This document shows, piece by piece, positions 1 through 8,785 of a DNA stretch of 64,000 nucleotides. The notes beneath the pieces are model-generated. The model saw nothing but the letters and a program-made list of their open reading frames with translations, was not told the origin of the DNA and did not search any database. Each line of letters starts with the position of its first letter. The first letter of the stretch is position 1. The stretch comes from an uncultured Gammaproteobacteria bacterium (lineage in GTDB: Bacteria > Patescibacteriota > Patescibacteriia > Patescibacteriales > GWC2-42-12): the NCBI GenBank assembly GCA_964467155.1, contig CAYXNZ010000001.1, positions 4,070 to 68,069 on the forward strand, read 5' to 3'. A program made the position numbers and the translations under genes.

Positions 1-61
1 AATCGCTGGTGGAGTGATTATTGTTTTGATTGGGTTATTAATTAAATTAGGTAAAAAATAG
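1..61 (+). CDS. 3' end of an upstream CDS (hydrophobic C-terminus, product unknown), partial
   Basis: The frame beginning at nt 2 reads IAGGVIIVLIGLLIKLGKK, then TAG at 59-61. It is too short to assign. Confidence 0.3.
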   Translation, partial: IAGGVIIVLIGLLIKLGKK

Positions 62-157
62 GTGATTGACAAAAAATAATTTTCGGCTAGTATTAAAAAT
101 ATAAACTTGTCGTACTATTTTTTGTTTTTTCAAACTTTTATGAAGGAGGTGCGAGTA

Positions 158-511
158 ATGAAGAAGATGGAAATAAATATGGAGAATATTATTTTGGTCA
201 TCGCAGATTCCTTGGGCGTAGATAAAAAAAGAATTACGCCTGAAACAAAGCTGGTTGACCTGGACGTTGATATGAGAACTTTGGTAGATCTCGATCAACT
301 GATATTGGATTTTTCATTTGCTTTCGACGTGTCTATCCCAGACGATGTCTTGGAACAGTTCGTGATTGTTCAAGACGTGGTTAACGCTCTAATACTGGAG
401 ACAAAGGAAAAAGTGCTGAAGTCAGAGAAAAAAGTAACGCCTAAAGTAGCACGGGGCATTTCTAGAGACCCCCTGCTCAGAAGGGAAATGACCAGTTACT
501 ACCCCGGCTAA
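158..511 (+). CDS. acyl-carrier-protein-like protein lacking the phosphopantetheine-attachment serine
   Basis: ORF track 107..511, with the start moved to ATG 158, 7 nt after AAGGAGGT (143-150). The sequence aligns by eye to ACP helices (LGV..., DVSIPDD, VQDVVNALI). The DSL motif is replaced by DMR (DLDVDMRTLVDL). Confidence 0.55.
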   Translation: MKKMEINMENIILVIADSLGVDKKRITPETKLVDLDVDMRTLVDLDQLILDFSFAFDVSIPDDVLEQFVIVQDVVNALILETKEKVLKSEKKVTPKVARGISRDPLLRREMTSYYPG

Positions 512-533
512 CGTTTTCATTCCCTTGCAACAA

Positions 534-572
534 CCGCCCCCTAATTGTGCTAGACGGGGGCGGCTTTTTTTT
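534..572 (+). terminator. rho-independent terminator
   Basis: ccgccccc (534-541) pairs with gggggcgg (556-563), followed by a run of 9 T. Confidence 0.8.
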
Positions 573-584
573 ATATTCTAGTCG

Positions 585-593
585 TGGTATAAT
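585..593 (+). promoter_or_regulatory. extended -10 promoter element (TGgTATAAT) upstream of ftsK
   Basis: tggtataat lies at 585-593, 52 nt before ATG 645. No good -35 is present. Confidence 0.35.
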
Positions 594-644
594 TCACATA
601 TAACAAGTGGAAAATCCCAAAAAAATTTGGGTTAATTTATTATT

Positions 645-3131
645 ATGGCCAAAAGAAGACGCAGAAGAAAGTATAAAAAAGATTTATTGGATTATGTGGC
701 TCTACCCAACATAGACCTTGACCCTGATATTAAAAAGGGTATTTTTATTGTGTTTTTGTTAGCTTTTGGGGCAATCAGTTTATTGAGTTTGTTTGACTTG
801 TCTGGCAGTATGGGCGTGTATTTAGCTAGAGGAATGGTGTTTCTATTCGGTTGGGGTAAATGGTTATTTCCAATAATCTTATTGGCACTTGGATTTTTGC
901 TTTATAACGAAGATAAGTATTGGGTTGGTGGAGCTAATTATCTTGGCTTATTTTTATTTATTATTTCATCGACTGGTTTATTACATTTACTGGTTGAACC
1001 ACCGAGTTGGCAAGTAGCTATTAAAGGAGGTTTCGGCGGCGGTTATTTGGGTTTTATTATAGATAGCGGGTTGTTTAAAGTAATGGGTTTTTGGGCCAGT
1101 TTAATTATTTTGTTTTGTTTGTTTTTGATTTCTGTAATGTTGATGTTTAATTTAGCTTTGCGCAACTTAATCGGAGGAGAGAGTTGGTTAGCCAAAGTTT
1201 TATATCCAATTAATTTTATTATTGGTAAATTATTTGGTAGTCGCGATGAAGACGACGAAGAAGAGGAAGAAGAATTTGAAGAGGAGGAGGAAGAAATCAA
1301 AGAAGAAGAGGAGGAAGAAGTTGACGTAGGCAGTGGTTTTGTGAGCCATAAGTTACCTACCTTTTTTGAAAACGGTAATGGTGCGACAAAAGAAAAGGTT
1401 GAATCAACATGGAAGCCAAGTAATGTAAAGATTGATTTACCACTAGATTTGATTAATGGCAGTAAGGGCAAGGCAATGAGTGGAGATATAAAAGCTCATT
1501 CAGAAATAATTAGAAAAACATTAGAAAATTTTGGTATTGTGGTTGGCATGGGAGAAGTGAGTGTTGGACCAACAGTTACCCAATACACATTAAAACCAGC
1601 CGAGGGCGTAAAGGTGTCAAGGATTACCACCTTGAGTAATGACTTAGCTTTGGCTTTGGCAGCGCATCCGATTAGAATTGAAGCACCGATTCCAGGTAAA
1701 GCCTTGGTTGGTGTAGAAGTGCCGAATCAAACAAAAGCCATGGTTGGTCTAAAGGAAATTTTATCTGGCGAGCAATTTAAAAAACGAAAAAGTAGTTTAA
1801 TGGTAGCCTTGGGCAAAGATGTCTCGGGTAAGGTTTGGATGGACGATTTAGCACGGATGCCTCATCTCTTAGTAGCGGGTGCGACTGGTTCTGGTAAATC
1901 AGTTTGTTTAAATGGAATTATTATTAGTTTATTATATCAGAATAATCCTGATGATTTACGTTTTATTTTTGTTGACCCAAAGAGAGTTGAATTACCTGTC
2001 TACAATGGCATTCCTCATTTATTAACACCAGTGATTACAGATGTTAGCAAAACTATTAATGCTTTGAAATGGTGTTTAAATGAAATGGATAGAAGATTTG
2101 AATTATTAGCCAAAACTGGCAAGAGAAATATTGATAGTTATAATGCTAATGGCAGTAATGAAAAATTACCTTACATTATTTTTATCATTGATGAATTAGC
2201 TGATTTGATGGTCGTCGCAGCTAGAGATATTGAAACAGGTATAATACGTTTGGCACAGATGGCTCGAGCCGTTGGTATTCATTTGATTTTAGCCACGCAA
2301 AGACCGAGTGTTGATGTCATCACCGGTTTGATTAAGGCCAACATGCCGGCTCGTATCGCTTTCTCAGTTGCTTCTGGTGTAGATTCCAGAACAATTCTAG
2401 ATTCCTTAGGTGCGGAGAAACTTCTTGGTCGAGGCGACATGTTATTTACCACGGCTGAAATTTCTAAGCCAAAACGTTTGCAGGGAGCTTTTGTTAGTGA
2501 TAATGAAATAAAGAGAATAGTTAATTATATAAAAGAAAAAGGTGGTGAAGCGGACTATATTGAAGGAGTGACTGATCGACAAAAAGTTAAAGGTATGGGC
2601 GGGGTTGGAATTGATGGCGCAGGTTCAGATGACGATGAACTTTTGGGTGAAGCCAAAGAAATGATTATTAATACGGGTAAAGCAAGTGCTTCTTATTTAC
2701 AAAGAAGATTGAGTATCGGTTATGCTCGAGCAGCCAGATTACTGGATTTATTAGAAGAAGGAGGAGTGATTGGTCCATCTAATGGTGCTAAGCCAAGAGA
2801 GGTGTTGATTACCCCAGAACAGTATGATAATATGATTAACCAAGGCGTTAGCGGGGTTTCTTTACATAATTCAGAAGAGTCAGAAGCGCCTGATGAATTT
2901 TTATCTTCAGATGACGAAGAAGAAGATGAAGAAGAAGAAACGAATGATGACGAAGTATTAGATGAAGATGAAGTTTTAGAAGAGGACGAGGATGTGGCAG
3001 AAGAAGACGAAGAAGTTGATGAAGAAACAGACGACGATGAAGAGGAGAACGAGGAGGATGACGAAGAAGAAAAGGAAGAAGAAACCAAAAAAGCTGAAGA
3101 CGATGATGATGGAAAATATTTTTTAAGATAA
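645..3131 (+). CDS. ftsK: DNA translocase FtsK/SpoIIIE
   Basis: It has N-terminal TM helices, Walker A GATGSGKS, IFIIDELADLM, ATQRPSVDVITG and a gamma winged-helix (ASASYLQRRLSIGYARAARLLDLLEEGGVIG). Acidic low-complexity blocks lie in the linker and after the gamma domain. Confidence 0.95.
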   Translation: MAKRRRRRKYKKDLLDYVALPNIDLDPDIKKGIFIVFLLAFGAISLLSLFDLSGSMGVYLARGMVFLFGWGKWLFPIILLALGFLLYNEDKYWVGGANYLGLFLFIISSTGLLHLLVEPPSWQVAIKGGFGGGYLGFIIDSGLFKVMGFWASLIILFCLFLISVMLMFNLALRNLIGGESWLAKVLYPINFIIGKLFGSRDEDDEEEEEEFEEEEEEIKEEEEEEVDVGSGFVSHKLPTFFENGNGATKEKVESTWKPSNVKIDLPLDLINGSKGKAMSGDIKAHSEIIRKTLENFGIVVGMGEVSVGPTVTQYTLKPAEGVKVSRITTLSNDLALALAAHPIRIEAPIPGKALVGVEVPNQTKAMVGLKEILSGEQFKKRKSSLMVALGKDVSGKVWMDDLARMPHLLVAGATGSGKSVCLNGIIISLLYQNNPDDLRFIFVDPKRVELPVYNGIPHLLTPVITDVSKTINALKWCLNEMDRRFELLAKTGKRNIDSYNANGSNEKLPYIIFIIDELADLMVVAARDIETGIIRLAQMARAVGIHLILATQRPSVDVITGLIKANMPARIAFSVASGVDSRTILDSLGAEKLLGRGDMLFTTAEISKPKRLQGAFVSDNEIKRIVNYIKEKGGEADYIEGVTDRQKVKGMGGVGIDGAGSDDDELLGEAKEMIINTGKASASYLQRRLSIGYARAARLLDLLEEGGVIGPSNGAKPREVLITPEQYDNMINQGVSGVSLHNSEESEAPDEFLSSDDEEEDEEEETNDDEVLDEDEVLEEDEDVAEEDEEVDEETDDDEEENEEDDEEEKEEETKKAEDDDDGKYFLR

Positions 3132-3155
3132 ATAAAATAATTTAATATAAAATTT

Positions 3156-3800
3156 ATGATTATTACTTGGTTGGGGCATTCATGTTTTAAAATTCAAGAT
3201 AAATCTGGTTCTGATGGAGTAATTGTGGTGACTGATCCATTTGATAAAGCAGTTGGTTTAAAAGTGCCTAATTTTGAAGCAGATATTATTACAGTTAGTC
3301 ATGATCATCATGATCATAATAATGTAAAAGCTTTACGAGGCAATCCTTTTATCGTTAAAGATGCTGGTGAATATGAAACAAAAGAAGTTTTTGTGGAAGG
3401 AATTGAAGCTTATCATGATGACAAACAAGGCAAAGAAAGAGGCAAGAATATAATTTACCGGATAGATATTGATAATATTTCTATTGCTCACTTGGGAGAC
3501 TTAGGACATGTTTTAGATAATAAACAGTTAGAAGGTTTGGCTGGAACGGATATTCTTTTGATTCCAGTTGGAGGAAAATATACCCTTAACGCAAGTAAAG
3601 CTGTGGAAGTGGTTAATCAAATTGAACCGCGAATTGTTATTCCGATGCATTATAAAACACCAGGTTCTAAAATAGATATTGATACGGCAGATAAATTTAT
3701 TAAAGAACTGGGTATAAAACCAACCGAAGAAGAAAAGCTAAAAATAAGTAAGAAAGATTTGCCGCAAGAAGATGTGGAGTTAGTGATTTTAAAATCATAA
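3156..3800 (+). CDS. MBL-fold metal-dependent hydrolase (UPF0173-like)
   Basis: Motifs MIITWLGHSCF and SHDHHDHNN match the beta-lactamase-fold histidine pattern, at about 214 aa. Confidence 0.8.
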   Translation: MIITWLGHSCFKIQDKSGSDGVIVVTDPFDKAVGLKVPNFEADIITVSHDHHDHNNVKALRGNPFIVKDAGEYETKEVFVEGIEAYHDDKQGKERGKNIIYRIDIDNISIAHLGDLGHVLDNKQLEGLAGTDILLIPVGGKYTLNASKAVEVVNQIEPRIVIPMHYKTPGSKIDIDTADKFIKELGIKPTEEEKLKISKKDLPQEDVELVILKS

Positions 3801-3819
3801 ATAAACCTAAAATTAGCAT

Positions 3820-3848
3820 AAAATCAGGAGATTTATCTCCTGATTTTA
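3820..3848 (+). terminator. rho-independent terminator
   Basis: aaaatcaggaga / ttta / tctcctgatttt forms a perfect 12-bp stem ending in T residues. Confidence 0.7.
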
Positions 3849-3949
3849 TAGTTTAATAGCACTTTACTTTTTTATGTTTTTTTGCTAATATATATGTAGT
3901 ATTTAGGCACTCATTAGGGGTGATTTTTATTGTTAAAATTGATGAATTT

Positions 3950-4390
3950 ATGGCAAAAAAGGAGGCAGTAAAAACTAAAAATGTAAAAGCCAATCGTCGT
4001 CAACCGATTAAAAAGAAAGAAACAATAGAAGAAATAACCAAACATGAAAAAGACAAGATATTTGCTATGTGGGCGGGCGTTATTTTTTTCATGGTTTTAA
4101 TTTTTATATTTTGGCTTTTCACATTTAGATCTACTATAGAAACTAACTCATCAGTTAACCAGAGCGAACAATTCAATTGGCAAGAAGTAAAACAAGAATT
4201 TAGTCAGACCATGCAAGACGTCAGAGGTAATTTGAATGAGATAAAAGAATTGCGTGAAGAATTTGTAGCAGAGACCAAAGAAACGCAATTATCAGATGAA
4301 CAAATAGAGGAATTAAAGAAAAATATATTAGACAAAAATATTGAGGAAGAAAATATTGCTACTTCTAGTGAAATAATTATACATAATTAA
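3950..4390 (+). CDS. hypothetical membrane-anchored coiled-coil protein
   Basis: ORF track 3920..4390 (GTG), with ATG 3950 (MAKKEAV) preferred. It has a basic N-terminus, one TM (WAGVIFFMVLIFIFWLFTF) and a charged helical C-terminus. Confidence 0.5.
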   Translation: MAKKEAVKTKNVKANRRQPIKKKETIEEITKHEKDKIFAMWAGVIFFMVLIFIFWLFTFRSTIETNSSVNQSEQFNWQEVKQEFSQTMQDVRGNLNEIKELREEFVAETKETQLSDEQIEELKKNILDKNIEEENIATSSEIIIHN

Positions 4391-4412
4391 TCAATCGAAA
4401 TATTTATAACAT

Positions 4413-7139
4413 ATGCCAAAGAAGAAAGAAAAACAACCAAAACCAAAACCAAAAAAGAAAATTGTAAAACAGCCAGCCAAGAAAAAAGTAGTAAAACCAG
4501 TGGCTAAAAAAACAGTATCAACAAAACCAGTTACTAAAAGTACCAAGAAAGAAAAACCAGAGATAATAAAAGAGAAAACAGAAACAAAGAAAAAGGCTAT
4601 TGAAATAGACAAAAAATTAGTTGCTGAAGAAATAACTGAAGAAGCAAAAGAAGGTACAGTTAGTCGAATCGTAAATGGCCGAGAAAAAACTGAATATGGA
4701 TTAGTTCAATCCCAACCAATCGTTGAAGAAATGAGACGGTCTTATTTGGATTATGCTATGAGTGTTATTGTGGCTCGTGCTTTGCCTGATGTTCGAGATG
4801 GACTTAAACCAGTTCATCGTAGAATACTTTATGCTATGTGGAGTGTTGGTTTGAGAGCCAATGCTAAGTTTCGTAAGTCAGCTACAGTTGTTGGTGAAGT
4901 TTTAGGTAAATATCATCCACATGGCGATTCAGCTGTTTATGAATCAATGGTTAGAATGGCACAGGATTTTTCCATGAGACATCCTTTAGTTAGGGGTCAA
5001 GGTAACTTCGGTTCAATGGATGGTGATAGAGCAGCGGCTATGCGTTATACCGAAGCCAAACTAGCACCGATTGCTGAAGAGATGTTGTTTGATATAGAAA
5101 AAAATACAGTTGATTTTTCTCCAAACTTTGATGGATCTCACCAAGAGCCAAGAGTTTTACCAGCAAAATTACCTAATCTGCTTTTGAACGGAGTAATGGG
5201 TATTGCAGTCGGTATGGCAACTAATATTCCGCCTCATAATTTGAGAGAATTAGTTGGGGCAGTTATTTATTTATTAGAAAAACCTGAAGCAACAGTTGAG
5301 GAATTAATCCAATTTGTCAAAGGACCTGATTTTCCAACTGGAGGAATTATTTATAGTCAGAATGACATTAGACAGGCTTATTCAACTGGTCGAGGTGGAG
5401 TTGTTATTCGTGGACAAGCGGAGATAGTAGAAGCAAAAGCAGGTGGTTTTCAAATTATTATTTCCGAGATTCCTTATCAAGTCAATAAGGCGAATTTAGT
5501 TGAAAAGATAGCTGACTTGGTCAAGAATAAAAAATTAGAAGGCATAAGAGATTTGCGTGACGAATCAGATAAGGATGGTGTACGAGTAGTTATTGATCTC
5601 AAAAGAGATGCTTTTCCAAAAAAGATATTAAATAGTTTATACAAACAGACTCAGTTGCAGGAAACTTTTCATTTCAATATGTTGGCCTTGATTGATGGTA
5701 TTCAGCCAAAGGTTTTGAATTTGAAAATGATTTTGGAAGAATATATTAAACATCGAGAAGAAGTCGTGAAACGTCGTACTCAGTTTGATTTAGATAAAGC
5801 GAAAAGCAGAGCGCATATTTTAGAAGGTTTAATGATTGCTTTAAATAATATTGATGCGGTTATAAAAACTATTAAAGCTTCCAAAGATCGTGAAATTGCT
5901 AAAGTAAATTTAATAAAAAAGTTTAAATTAACTGAGAGACAGGCAATCGCTATTTTAGAAATGAAGCTAGCCACTTTGGCCAACTTAGAAAGACTAAAAA
6001 TAGAGAACGAATTAAAAGATAAAAAAGTTTTAATTAAAGAATTAGAAGCAATATTGAAATCAACTAAGGAGATGAGAGCTATTATTAGAACAGAAATAGA
6101 AGCTTTAGTTGAAAAATTTGGCGAGGATAGACGAACCAAAGTAATTGCTCATGGAGTCAAAGATTTTTCGGTTGAAGATTTAGTACCAAACGAAGAAACA
6201 GTTGTAGCTATGACTCGTGATGGTTATATTAAACGAGTACCAACAGATACTTTCAAAGTTCAAGGACGAGGTGGTAAAGGCGTGATCGGTCTAACGACCA
6301 AAGAAGAAGATATGGTTATGTTCTTGTTTACAACAATGACTCATAATGACATTTTATTCTTTACTACTAGCGGACGAGTTTTCCAATTAAAAGCTTATGA
6401 AATACCGCAGACAACGAGAACTGCTAAGGGAACACCAATCGTAAACTTTTTACAGTTATCTGGTGGAGAGAGTATTTCAACCATTTTGCCACTAGATAAG
6501 ATTTCAAAGAGTAAATACCTTTTCTTTGCAACTGAAAAAGGATTAGTTAAGAAAGTAAAGATTGAAGCTTTTGACAATGTCCGACGTTCAGGTTTAATTG
6601 CTATCAAAATAAAAGATAATGATAGATTGATTTGGACAAAACCAACTGATGGCAATGATCATATTGAATTAGTGACAGCTGAAGGTCAGGCAATTCGTTT
6701 CAAGGAAGCCAATGTTAGAGATATGGGTCGTGGTGCAGCTGGTGTCAAAGGAATTCGTTTGAAAAAGAAAGAGGACGCAGTTGTTGGCATGGGAGTTATC
6801 AAAAACGATAAGGAAAAAATGAAAAAATATCAGGTCTTAGTTATTACTGATAATGGTTTTGGCAAAAGAACACCATTAAATTTATACAAAGTTCAAGGAC
6901 GAGGTGGTTCAGGAGTAAAGACATCCAAGGTTACAACTAAAACTGGCCGATTGACTCAAGCCTATGTTGTCAATACGGAAACAATGAAAGATCAGGATTT
7001 AATAATAATCTCTGAAAAAGGCCAAGTTATTAGATTGCCTTTCAAAGCAGTTAATCAACTTGGGCGTGATACTCAAGGGGTTAGACTGATGAGATTTAAA
7101 GATAAAGACGATAAGGTAGCTTGTGTTACTTGGGTATAA
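4413..7139 (+). CDS. gyrA: DNA gyrase subunit A with a lysine-rich N-terminal extension
   Basis: Contains [39 protein letters not shown] and the catalytic AAMRYTE. C-terminal beta-pinwheel repeats (QGRGGKG twice) are present. Confidence 0.95.
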   Translation: MPKKKEKQPKPKPKKKIVKQPAKKKVVKPVAKKTVSTKPVTKSTKKEKPEIIKEKTETKKKAIEIDKKLVAEEITEEAKEGTVSRIVNGREKTEYGLVQSQPIVEEMRRSYLDYAMSVIVARALPDVRDGLKPVHRRILYAMWSVGLRANAKFRKSATVVGEVLGKYHPHGDSAVYESMVRMAQDFSMRHPLVRGQGNFGSMDGDRAAAMRYTEAKLAPIAEEMLFDIEKNTVDFSPNFDGSHQEPRVLPAKLPNLLLNGVMGIAVGMATNIPPHNLRELVGAVIYLLEKPEATVEELIQFVKGPDFPTGGIIYSQNDIRQAYSTGRGGVVIRGQAEIVEAKAGGFQIIISEIPYQVNKANLVEKIADLVKNKKLEGIRDLRDESDKDGVRVVIDLKRDAFPKKILNSLYKQTQLQETFHFNMLALIDGIQPKVLNLKMILEEYIKHREEVVKRRTQFDLDKAKSRAHILEGLMIALNNIDAVIKTIKASKDREIAKVNLIKKFKLTERQAIAILEMKLATLANLERLKIENELKDKKVLIKELEAILKSTKEMRAIIRTEIEALVEKFGEDRRTKVIAHGVKDFSVEDLVPNEETVVAMTRDGYIKRVPTDTFKVQGRGGKGVIGLTTKEEDMVMFLFTTMTHNDILFFTTSGRVFQLKAYEIPQTTRTAKGTPIVNFLQLSGGESISTILPLDKISKSKYLFFATEKGLVKKVKIEAFDNVRRSGLIAIKIKDNDRLIWTKPTDGNDHIELVTAEGQAIRFKEANVRDMGRGAAGVKGIRLKKKEDAVVGMGVIKNDKEKMKKYQVLVITDNGFGKRTPLNLYKVQGRGGSGVKTSKVTTKTGRLTQAYVVNTETMKDQDLIIISEKGQVIRLPFKAVNQLGRDTQGVRLMRFKDKDDKVACVTWV

Positions 7140-7168
7140 AAACGATAATTAATAATTAATTTTTTATT

Positions 7169-7345
7169 ATGGCTATAAAAATCGATCAAGAATCATGTAT
7201 TGGTTGTGGAGCTTGTACTGCTATTTGTCCGAGTGTATTTAGAATGAATGATGATGGCAAAGCAGAAGTTATTAAAGAAGACGATGTTGAATGTGCCAAG
7301 AATGGAGCGGAAAGTTGTCCAGTTCAAGCAATTAAAGTTGACTAA
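7169..7345 (+). CDS. small 4Fe-4S ferredoxin (58 aa), absent from the ORF track
   Basis: Manual translation gives MAIKIDQESCIGCGACTAICPSVFRMNDDGKAEVIKEDDVECAKNGAESCPVQAIKVD*. It shows the CxxCxxC...CP single-cluster pattern. Confidence 0.8.
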   Translation: MAIKIDQESCIGCGACTAICPSVFRMNDDGKAEVIKEDDVECAKNGAESCPVQAIKVD

Positions 7346-7366
7346 AACTATAGAGTTTATATAAAA

Positions 7367-7397
7367 GACAATTCCAATTTTTTGGGATTGTTTTTTG
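7367..7397 (+). terminator. rho-independent terminator after the ferredoxin gene
   Basis: acaattcca (7368-7376) pairs with tgggattgt (7383-7391) with one mismatch, then T6. Confidence 0.6.
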
Positions 7398-7426
7398 TAT
7401 TTGTAGAATGATAGTATAATGAAATT

Positions 7427-8770
7427 ATGAATTTAGATAATGTAAAAAAATTAACAATCCCTGTTTTACCTGGATGTTATGAGTTTTTTAATAAGCAAGG
7501 CAAGATTATTTATATCGGTAAGGCGGCTAATTTAAAAGCACGTGTTTTTTCTTATTGGCAAAAGAGCACTAATCATACATTAGCTAAGGAAGAAATGGTA
7601 AAGAAAGTATTTGAAATTAAATGGATAGAAACTGACAGTGAAGTAGAGGCCCTACTTTTAGAGGCAAACTTAATTAAAAAAAATAAGCCTTATTACAATA
7701 TTTTATTGCGTGATGATAAACGTTTTGTTTATATAAAAATTTCTACTGAAGAAAAATATCCTCGAATTTTTATGACTAGAGAAATAGAAAAAACTGGTCG
7801 ATATTTTGGTCCATTTACTAGTGTCGAATCAGTTCGAGAGACTTTGAAAATTATTAGAAAAATGTGGACGTATCGTTCTTGCCGTAATTTATCAAAAAAA
7901 GTTTGCTTGTATTATCGGATTGGTAAATGTCCGGGAATGTGCGAGGAAAAAATTAGTCAGACAGAGTATAAGAAAATTATTAAAGAAATAATTGATTTTT
8001 TATCTGGTAAAAAAAAGGCGATTGTGAAAAATTATGAAAAAAAGATAAAACAAGCTAATAACGAAGATGTTAATAGATTAAAATATCAATTAAATAATCT
8101 TAAAAAAGTTTTAGCAACTTCAAGCATAATCGGTGTTGGTGAAAAATATGAAAACGACGTGATTGAGTTATCGAAGGTTTTGGGTTTTGATAAAGATTTA
8201 GCCAGAATTGAAGGCTATGATATCTCAAATATTTTTGGCCGTGAAGCAGTTGGTTCAATGGTTGTTTTTAATAATGGTGAGCCAGACAAAAATGAATATA
8301 GAAAATTCAAAATAAAAATCGGCGAAGGATTAGCTAACGATACTGGAATGTTAAAGGAAATTTTAGAAAGAAGAATAAAACATAGTGTCATTCTGGAAGA
8401 AGCGAGGAACGAGCGACTGATAGAATCTCAAAACAATAAAAACAAAAGAGATACTATCGCTTCGCTCCAGCATGACAAAAAGTGGCCGTTGCCGGATCTG
8501 ATTGTCGTTGATGGAGCTCGGGCACAACTCAATGCGATTTTGTCAGTTTTAAAAAAAAGTAAGCTAAATATTTCAACCATTGCCATTTCAAAAGGTTTGG
8601 GTTTGCGTAGTGCTTTGGCGCCAGACAAGATATTTTTTCCAGGCGAGAAAAAACCATTGGAACTTCCCTTGGCTTCACCAGCTTTGCATTTGATTAAACG
8701 AGTCCGTGATGAAGCTCATCGCTTCGCTATTAATTATCATCGGAAATTAAGAAGTAAAAGATATAAATAA
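7427..8770 (+). CDS. uvrC: excinuclease ABC subunit C, short form without the C-terminal (HhH)2 domain
   Basis: It has a GIY-YIG N-terminus (PGCYEFFNKQGKIIYIGKA), a UVR-like helix, and an endonuclease domain (EGYDISN, PDLIVVDGARAQL, RDEAHRFAINYHR). The protein ends right after that motif. TATAAT at 7415-7420 lies 7 nt before the ATG, so the mRNA may be leaderless. Confidence 0.85.
   Translation: MNLDNVKKLTIPVLPGCYEFFNKQGKIIYIGKAANLKARVFSYWQKSTNHTLAKEEMVKKVFEIKWIETDSEVEALLLEANLIKKNKPYYNILLRDDKRFVYIKISTEEKYPRIFMTREIEKTGRYFGPFTSVESVRETLKIIRKMWTYRSCRNLSKKVCLYYRIGKCPGMCEEKISQTEYKKIIKEIIDFLSGKKKAIVKNYEKKIKQANNEDVNRLKYQLNNLKKVLATSSIIGVGEKYENDVIELSKVLGFDKDLARIEGYDISNIFGREAVGSMVVFNNGEPDKNEYRKFKIKIGEGLANDTGMLKEILERRIKHSVILEEARNERLIESQNNKNKRDTIASLQHDKKWPLPDLIVVDGARAQLNAILSVLKKSKLNISTIAISKGLGLRSALAPDKIFFPGEKKPLELPLASPALHLIKRVRDEAHRFAINYHRKLRSKRYK
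8386..8477 (+). repeat. family-1 palindromic element (tgtcat...atgaca) inserted in frame in uvrC
   Basis: It has the same termini as the intergenic copies. The left arm is near-identical to the leuS copy. It is translated as SVILEEARNERLIESQNNKNKRDTIASLQHD. Confidence 0.7.
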
Positions 8771-8785
8771 TTTTTTATTCTCTTT

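Noticed and set aside
1043-1471. Antisense ORFs rich in poly-Ser/Leu (1043..1471 and 2720..3088, minus strand) inside ftsK
   Set aside because: They are the reverse-complement reading of GAA/GAG/GAT acidic codon runs in a clearly conserved FtsK frame. They are low-complexity with no independent signals.
4391-4612. Minus-strand ORF of 73 aa overlapping the gyrA 5' end, and a similar one at 18519..18755 over the rpsA tail
   Set aside because: These are mirror images of AAA/AAG lysine-codon runs (they read as Phe-rich). They lie entirely within better-supported genes.
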